From Candidatus Hermodarchaeota archaeon (GTDB taxonomy: Archaea; Asgardarchaeota; Lokiarchaeia; Sigyniarchaeales; SOKP01): DNA of 64,000 nt. Under the pieces are notes generated by a model. That model had not been told where the DNA came from and did not search any database. It saw only the letters and a program-made list of their open reading frames with translations. Position numbers and translations under genes: made by a program. The stretch's first letter is position 1, and each line of letters begins with the position of its first letter. Positions 58,207 through 64,000 of this stretch are shown here, one piece after another. The stretch lies in NCBI GenBank assembly GCA_048885525.1, contig JBHLLP010000003.1, positions 74,851 to 138,850 of the forward strand, read 5' to 3'.

Positions 58207-59271
58207 TTAAAAATAAAGATATATGAGGATAATGATGACAATATTATAGAAGACACTGGTGAAAATTGTACTACTAATATTTCCATTTGTAAGTTCAAAA
58301 ATTATGCCTAAAGCCATAAACATTAAGAAATTTCCAAGAATAAAACTCACTCCAATTGGAAAAGAGAATAATAGCATTACAAGTGAATAAGCGAGCGCTA
58401 CTAGGAGAATCACATAAAAATCATTTTTAAATTTTTGTTTTAAGGCATTATGTAAAACTCCTCTGAAAACAATCTCTGCAGAGAATGCACCTATACTTAA
58501 AGTAATGGTTAGAAGAATTAACCATAATAAATCAGCATTTTTAATTATCTGGTTTTGGTTCTCTATACTTAATTTGACATCAAAAAAATCTAAACCTAAA
58601 TCTGAAAGGAAATTAATAAATGAATCTGAGATATAATTAATTAAAATTAATACAATAGCACCTAAAATTCCTATAAATAATCCTAAAAATAATTTTTTTG
58701 ACTCAGGGTAAAAACCTATTTTATTAAAACTATGTTTTTTATTATAAATATACCAAATTGGATACACACCAAATACCAATTGAGGAATTTGACTTAATAT
58801 AATTTGTTGAATACTTCCGGTTAATGTATCTAACTGAAATGAAAGAATAGTAAAGAGCAAAAAGAAGATAATTACCATAATGTAAATACAAGTTCCAAAA
58901 ACATTAATACCTTCTTTTAAATTCCAAGTATCTTTCTTTAAAATAAATTGTTGTTCTAGCTCGAGCTTTTTACTTGTAAAAATTAAACCTGGCTTTTTCT
59001 GAATTGAGGCTTTTTTAGATTCAGAAATCTTTTCTAATTCAGTATTACATAATGGACATTGATTTAAAATAGTAGATGTTATTATCGACCCACATCCAGG
59101 ACATTTTCTTGATAATTCTAGTTTTTGAGGAACTTGAGGTTTTACAAGTTTTTCACCTGGTTCAAGTTTAATAATTAATTTACCACATTTAGGGCAATAG
59201 GTTTCATTTTTTTCTACATTAGATCCACAATATACACAATATTTGATTTTTTTCTGATTGTCTTTTGACAT
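58207..59271 (-). CDS. Zinc-ribbon + CPBP/Abi-like membrane protein with degenerate protease motifs
   Basis: CVYCG..CPKCG..CPGCG..CPLC, then TM helices with SAEIVFRG. Confidence 0.75.
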   Translation of the reverse strand: MSKDNQKKIKYCVYCGSNVEKNETYCPKCGKLIIKLEPGEKLVKPQVPQKLELSRKCPGCGSIITSTILNQCPLCNTELEKISESKKASIQKKPGLIFTSKKLELEQQFILKKDTWNLKEGINVFGTCIYIMVIIFFLLFTILSFQLDTLTGSIQQIILSQIPQLVFGVYPIWYIYNKKHSFNKIGFYPESKKLFLGLFIGILGAIVLILINYISDSFINFLSDLGLDFFDVKLSIENQNQIIKNADLLWLILLTITLSIGAFSAEIVFRGVLHNALKQKFKNDFYVILLVALAYSLVMLLFSFPIGVSFILGNFLMFMALGIIFELTNGNISSTIFTSVFYNIVIIILIYLYF

Positions 59272-59388
59272 AGCAGTAATTTAAAACTAAAATCTTTTTC
59301 TTTATATCATTTTGTTAAATATATAAACTAGAAATTATATAATTTTTGCTTACATTTTATTCACTTAAATAAATATCAAAATAGGTAT

Positions 59389-59793
59389 TTGATAAGAGAA
59401 CTTGTAATGTTAAAAAGAATTTTTAAGAATAGAATTAATGAAATACATGAAAAATATAAAGATAAAGAAATTCTAATTGCTGATGATATGTCTAACTTTT
59501 TTGGGTTAGAATCATTAGGAGTATGGAAAGTTCGTGGAAACGGAGTATTAATACTTACAGAAGAAGAAATATTTTTTGGAATGTGGAAACCCAAAAAAGA
59601 TCTATTAATTCCTATAAAAAAAATTATTGAGATTACGAATCCTAAATCTCATATGCACAGAACTGTATTTAGACCTCTTTTAAAAATAACATTCAGAAAT
59701 GAAAATGGAGAAACTGAGTCAGCTGCATGGTATGTACGAAAATTAGATGAGTGGAATAAAATTCTTAAAAAAATAATACTAAAAAATGGTTAA
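59389..59793 (+). CDS. Hypothetical protein, possible PH/GRAM-like fold
   Basis: RGNGVLILTEEEIFF...IPIKKI..I...LKITF...AWYV...EW..IL pattern. Probable ATG at 59407. Confidence 0.6.
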   Translation: MIRELVMLKRIFKNRINEIHEKYKDKEILIADDMSNFFGLESLGVWKVRGNGVLILTEEEIFFGMWKPKKDLLIPIKKIIEITNPKSHMHRTVFRPLLKITFRNENGETESAAWYVRKLDEWNKILKKIILKNG

Positions 59794-59796
59794 AAC

Positions 59797-61083
59797 TCAT
59801 AGATCTTTAGTTTTCATTTTTTTTTTTAAAATTCTTTTTGTTATCATGCTTAATTCCATGAGTAACAGTCCATGATAATAGGATATGGAATCAAAATAAG
59901 CTTCCCCTAAATCTGATTTATCGGCATGGATTAATGCCATTTGTGCGTTAAGGGCCGCTCTCATTAAAAGTTCAATACCTTTATAAATTAAGTTTGGACT
60001 CCAAATCCCTTTTTTAGGATTGGACCACCAAACAGGGCATGAATAGATACCACGATCATAGAAAAATCGACTAGTATTATAATAATTCTCAATTTCCCAA
60101 TCTGTTGTTAGATCTAAGTTATCTGCTAAGTTCATTAAATTATTAAGACTATTGATAAGTTTCCAGTAATAACTATGTATATTGTTATTAGGATGTTTCC
60201 ATAAGGGATAAGGAATTCCATTTTGAATGTCTTCATAAGTAGTACTCCAGCTCGATTCACGTGGTATAATTTCTTTATTACTTATTGGAAAATGCAGATC
60301 CAGCTCTGAAATTGATATAATTTTAATTGTTTCTTCGCCATAAATGAGATCTAATACCTTCTTTAAAAATGTTTTTTCATAATTTTTGATATGATGCCCA
60401 AAAGTCTCTCCATCCATTGCCGTGATAATGTATCTGTCTATTTCTTTTGTTGATTTTACCTTTACTTTATCTTTTGGTTGAAAAATTTCCTTAATTGCTT
60501 GTACAAAATCTTTGGCGGAAACATCCTTAAAAGAGATTTTATTGCTGAGAATGTCATCTCTAAAGAATAATTGAAGTCCATTTGGAGAACAATAAATTTG
60601 ATCATAAGGCCAATCAACTGGGCATGCAATTCCGCTCATAATTACCCATTTATACCCTAATTGGCGAATATATTTGGCAACAGCTCCAGAGATCGCCATT
60701 TCAGGAGAAAAAAATCCAATTCTTTTCCAACGACCAAATTCTTCTCTGTTTAACTCTTCATTTAACTGGATTTGGTGCCTAACTTCTTTTTCAGGTATTA
60801 AAGGTAGAATCGGGTGATATTTGGCAGTTCCAACAATTTCAATCTTGTTTTCAGAGACAAGATTTTTCAATATATCCACTGTATCAGATAAATCATACTG
60901 ATATAATAGCTCGATAAGCACTCCGTTGATATTTAGACAAATCTTTATCTTTTCATAACTCTCTAATAAAGAGAAAAATGGTCTATAGCATTCTTCGTTA
61001 ATTTTTCTCAAAATATTAAGATCTTGGGTGGGAGGTTGGTAAATATGAAATAATGGTGCCCAATAGGTAGTCAAATTAATCAC
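59797..61083 (-). CDS. Glycoside hydrolase family 57 (alpha-amylase/amylopullulanase-like)
   Basis: HIYQP, HPILPL, FFSPEMA (nucleophile Glu), AMDGETFGHH (acid/base Asp), SSWS. Confidence 0.9.
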   Translation of the reverse strand: MINLTTYWAPLFHIYQPPTQDLNILRKINEECYRPFFSLLESYEKIKICLNINGVLIELLYQYDLSDTVDILKNLVSENKIEIVGTAKYHPILPLIPEKEVRHQIQLNEELNREEFGRWKRIGFFSPEMAISGAVAKYIRQLGYKWVIMSGIACPVDWPYDQIYCSPNGLQLFFRDDILSNKISFKDVSAKDFVQAIKEIFQPKDKVKVKSTKEIDRYIITAMDGETFGHHIKNYEKTFLKKVLDLIYGEETIKIISISELDLHFPISNKEIIPRESSWSTTYEDIQNGIPYPLWKHPNNNIHSYYWKLINSLNNLMNLADNLDLTTDWEIENYYNTSRFFYDRGIYSCPVWWSNPKKGIWSPNLIYKGIELLMRAALNAQMALIHADKSDLGEAYFDSISYYHGLLLMELSMITKRILKKKMKTKDL

Positions 61084-61219
61084 ATCTGATTTTTTTAAAC
61101 ATACTTCACCAATAATAATATCTAAAATCTATGACTTAAAAATTATTAATGAATTTTTTTTATATTTTGCATATTTTATTTCTTATATTAGAGAAAAAAT
61201 TAAACTTGGGAAAATATTC

Positions 61220-61660
61220 ATGAGCTTTAGAATTGAAAATAAAGAACAATTTGTCGAATTATGGACTAATATTTACAAGACCGAAAGCAAACCTGATTGG
61301 TCGCATATCCTCCCATATTATGACGATAAGATATATTTTCGCGATACTATTCAAGAAATTCGAGGTATAAAAGAATTTAAAGCGATGACTGTACGATTAG
61401 TTGAGCGATCTAAAGATCTAAGAATGAATATAGTCAATATTCTTTTTGAAGGGAACATCATTTTTTTTGAATGGGAGATGAGGTTAAGTTTTAAGAAATA
61501 TCCTAATTCAACGTTATTCGGGGCAAGTAGGATAACCTTGAACGAGGAGGGTAAAATAATTGAACAAAGGGATTACTACGATCTTTGGGGTGATATTTTT
61601 GATAATATTCCATTTTTAGCTAAAGGGTATCGAAAGTTCATGAGGAAAATGTTCGGGTGA
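61220..61660 (+). CDS. SnoaL-like / NTF2-family protein
   Basis: YDDKIYFRDTI..IRG...F, FEWEM, GKIIEQRDYYDL. Confidence 0.85.
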   Translation: MSFRIENKEQFVELWTNIYKTESKPDWSHILPYYDDKIYFRDTIQEIRGIKEFKAMTVRLVERSKDLRMNIVNILFEGNIIFFEWEMRLSFKKYPNSTLFGASRITLNEEGKIIEQRDYYDLWGDIFDNIPFLAKGYRKFMRKMFG

Positions 61661-62607
61661 AATACTTGAATAAATACTTGAAACAGTACATACAGATATC
61701 AAATATTAAGGCAAATATTAAGGCATTGCTTCGCGATAAAGCAGAGCCATTGGAATGTCAAGATGATTTTAAAGGGCGTTTAGTGGCTATAACTGGCGCC
61801 ACATCTGGAATTGGATATGTGACTGCACGAGAATATGCTTCACACGGAGCTAATCTACTAGTAATTAATCGAAACGAAGAAAAAACGCTTAATCTGTGTG
61901 AAGAAATTACCCAAGATTTTGGTGTAGAATGTGATTTCATGCTTGCAGATTTTGCACATATTTCCGAGGTAAAGAAAGTTGGCGAAGAACTCGCAAATTC
62001 CGATCTGAATCTCGATGTGTTCATTCATAATGCAGGAGTCTATTCAACCGAGAAAACGATCTCTGACGATGGTCTTGAGATGGCTTTTCAAGTGGATCAT
62101 CTCGGTTCCTTTATCTTAAATTACATTTTAAAGGATAAACTTAAAGCCCAGCAAAAATGCAGGATTATATTAGTAAATTCTGAGGGCCACCGTTTTGCTA
62201 TTCTTGGTTTGAAATTAGATGATCTCAACTGGGAGAAGCGCCGCTATTCGGGACTCAAAAGCTATGGATCGGCAAAAACTGCCCAACTTCTGACAATGAT
62301 CAAATTTAATGATTACTTCCAAAATAGTGGCGTGACGATTAATGCAATGCATCCTGGTAATGTAAAAACCAACATGGGAGAAAATAGTACTGGATTATTC
62401 CAGAGGGTGTTCATCGAACCCTCTTACAGATCACCAAGGATATCCGCTAAATCCTTATACTATCTTGGAGTTTCGAAGGATATTGAGGGTGTGAGTGGTA
62501 AGTTTTTCAACCTCACTTATGAAGAGGAGCCCGCACCTCCTGCTTTGGACCGAGAGGTCGCAGAAGAAGTGTGGGATTTAAGTATAAAATTAGTTGGTTT
62601 AGCATGA
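61657..62607 (+). CDS. Short-chain dehydrogenase/reductase (retinol dehydrogenase-like)
   Basis: ITGATSGIG, HNAG, YGSAK, HPGNVKT; GTGA overlap with the upstream gene. Confidence 0.92.
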   Translation: MKYLNKYLKQYIQISNIKANIKALLRDKAEPLECQDDFKGRLVAITGATSGIGYVTAREYASHGANLLVINRNEEKTLNLCEEITQDFGVECDFMLADFAHISEVKKVGEELANSDLNLDVFIHNAGVYSTEKTISDDGLEMAFQVDHLGSFILNYILKDKLKAQQKCRIILVNSEGHRFAILGLKLDDLNWEKRRYSGLKSYGSAKTAQLLTMIKFNDYFQNSGVTINAMHPGNVKTNMGENSTGLFQRVFIEPSYRSPRISAKSLYYLGVSKDIEGVSGKFFNLTYEEEPAPPALDREVAEEVWDLSIKLVGLA

Positions 62608-64000
62608 CGAGTACAAGCAATGAGGTTATCATTGTAGGAGCAGGGATAGCGGGTTTAACAGCTGCGGCCTATTTATCAAGGGCAGGACATGATGTTCTTT
62701 TAATTGAAAAGAACGAAACTTGTGGTGGCTTGCTAACTTCAATCCAAAAAGATGGTTTTGTTTTTGATACTGGTCCGAGGTCGATTGAAAACTCGGGAGC
62801 CGTGCGACCCTTGTTAAATGACCTTGGAATTTCACTTGAACTCCTTAAAAGTCCGGTTTCGATTGGTATTGAGAATGAAATTTTACACTTCACATCAAAC
62901 GAAAGTATATATGAATATCAGTCTCTATTAGAAGAGCTGTATCCCGATAACAAAAAGGAGATTGCCGCAATTTTCTTGTTAATAGAAAAAATCTTGAAAG
63001 ATATGGCCATTCTAAACGAAATTGATAATCCGATTTTCAGAGACTTGAAAAAAGATATAGGTTATCTTGTTAAGGAACTTCTTCCGTATCTAGGCAAGTT
63101 CCTTCTTGCTAATCGCCGGATAAATCGAAGGAAGGATCCGGTTGAAGATACGCTGAAAAAAATGACTTCAAATAAATCACTTATCAATATTATGACACAA
63201 CATTTCTTCAAGAGCACGCCAACTTTTTTTGCCCTAGGATATTTTCACACTTACCTTGATTATTTTTATCCAAAGGGAAGTACAGGTAAAATTCCAGAAG
63301 CTGTTATGCAAAAAATCATTGAATGGGGAGGATCAATTTTATATGGTACAGAAATACATGAGATCATTCCTTCTGAAAGCAAGTTAACTGATATCGATGG
63401 AAACATGTTTTTCTATGAAAATCTTATTTGGTGCGCGGATTTGAAATCTTTATATCGATTTCTTAAATTTCATGATTTAGAGGAAAATGTTTCTCGCAAG
63501 ATATCAATTCAAAAGGATAAATTGCTATCGAATCGAGGCGGAGATTCAGTCTTTTCTTTATTCCTAGGGATAGACGAGCCTCTCGACAAATTTGAATCGA
63601 TTTCGAACGGTCATTTTTTTTATACTCCATCAAAAAAAGGTTTAAGAGAATCGACTTGGACTACCTTAAAAAAAATTATTAAGAATTTCGAATCAACTCC
63701 CAAAGAAGTCATTATGCATTGGTTAGACGAGTATTGCCAACTGAATACATATGAGATTTCCATTCCAGGGCTTAGAGATCCCACCTTAGCTCCAAAAGGA
63801 AAGACTGGATTAATAGTGAGCATTCTCTTTGAATATGATCTCATGAAAAAGGTCCAAGAGGGAGGATGGTATGAAGAATTCAAAATAGAAGTCGAGAATC
63901 GCATGGTAGAGATTTTATCAAAATCCGTATACCCGATAATCAAGGATAAGATTCTCTTTCGTTTCTCTTTAACACCCGTCAGCATTTCAAACAGAGTAGG
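62604..64000 (+). CDS. Phytoene desaturase-family FAD-dependent oxidoreductase (partial, runs off the window end)
   Basis: Not in the ORF track. ATG at 62604 overlaps the SDR stop (ATGA); MTSTSNEVIIVGAGIAGLTAAAYLSRAGHDVLLIEK...GG...FVFDTGP, later DPTLAPKGKTGL. Confidence 0.88.
   Translation, partial: MTSTSNEVIIVGAGIAGLTAAAYLSRAGHDVLLIEKNETCGGLLTSIQKDGFVFDTGPRSIENSGAVRPLLNDLGISLELLKSPVSIGIENEILHFTSNESIYEYQSLLEELYPDNKKEIAAIFLLIEKILKDMAILNEIDNPIFRDLKKDIGYLVKELLPYLGKFLLANRRINRRKDPVEDTLKKMTSNKSLINIMTQHFFKSTPTFFALGYFHTYLDYFYPKGSTGKIPEAVMQKIIEWGGSILYGTEIHEIIPSESKLTDIDGNMFFYENLIWCADLKSLYRFLKFHDLEENVSRKISIQKDKLLSNRGGDSVFSLFLGIDEPLDKFESISNGHFFYTPSKKGLRESTWTTLKKIIKNFESTPKEVIMHWLDEYCQLNTYEISIPGLRDPTLAPKGKTGLIVSILFEYDLMKKVQEGGWYEEFKIEVENRMVEILSKSVYPIIKDKILFRFSLTPVSISNRV

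Noticed and set aside
61076-61110. Eight-codon upstream ORF (MFKKIRCD) with GGTGA before the GH57 gene
   Set aside because: Too short to distinguish from chance; GH57 has its own plausible TTG start at 61074.
2505-63985. Many ORF-track entries antisense to or nested in well-supported genes (e.g. 2505-2924, 3201-3551, 5567-5815, 13650-13928, 21943-22221, 26829-27137, 37834-38148, 38650-38967, 55001-55318, 62629-62893, 63620-63985)
   Set aside because: Shadow ORFs overlapping recognisable genes, with antisense-typical I/S/F-rich composition and no motifs.
1-64000. tRNA, rRNA, CRISPR arrays, IS elements or integrases
   Set aside because: No GC-rich structured-RNA islands, regularly spaced repeats or transposase/integrase motifs were seen by eye. 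tRNAscan-SE and Infernal would be needed to exclude small RNAs.

Overview
A gene-dense, AT-rich archaeal chromosomal segment, most likely from an Asgard archaeon of the Lokiarchaeia. This is an inference from archaeal information-processing genes together with three 'WDFGG'-type small GTPases, a Roadblock/LC7 protein, a 'FAWSPLRALMK' histone and an IxGY-TM-K C-terminal anchor. It carries shuffled pieces of conserved archaeal superoperons: csl4-rpoL; EF-1alpha; aIF2alpha-nop10; PCNA/priL/priS/GINS; TFS; L44e-S27e; rpoA1-rpoA2-L30e-nusA-S12-S7; and pus10-L21e-rpoF-DUF655-rsmA-hemK. These are interspersed with metabolic, membrane and probably horizontally acquired genes. I found no tRNA, rRNA, CRISPR array or transposase by eye. 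The most interesting signals are: (1) a wHTH/ArsR + ATP-cone + catalytically dead class III ribonucleotide reductase fusion next to pyrB, a candidate nucleotide-sensing transcription factor built from a pseudoenzyme; (2) a deoxynucleoside/dNMP kinase ending in a PCNA-interacting (PIP) box; (3) several genes that appear to need non-canonical start codons (CTT/GTT, ATA, ATT); (4) an extra C-terminal module on RNA polymerase Rpo1N; (5) a Roadblock protein with a ~200-aa acidic, motif-rich tail; and (6) a transmembrane module shared by two adjacent unrelated genes. All family calls come from motif recognition by eye; no searches were run.
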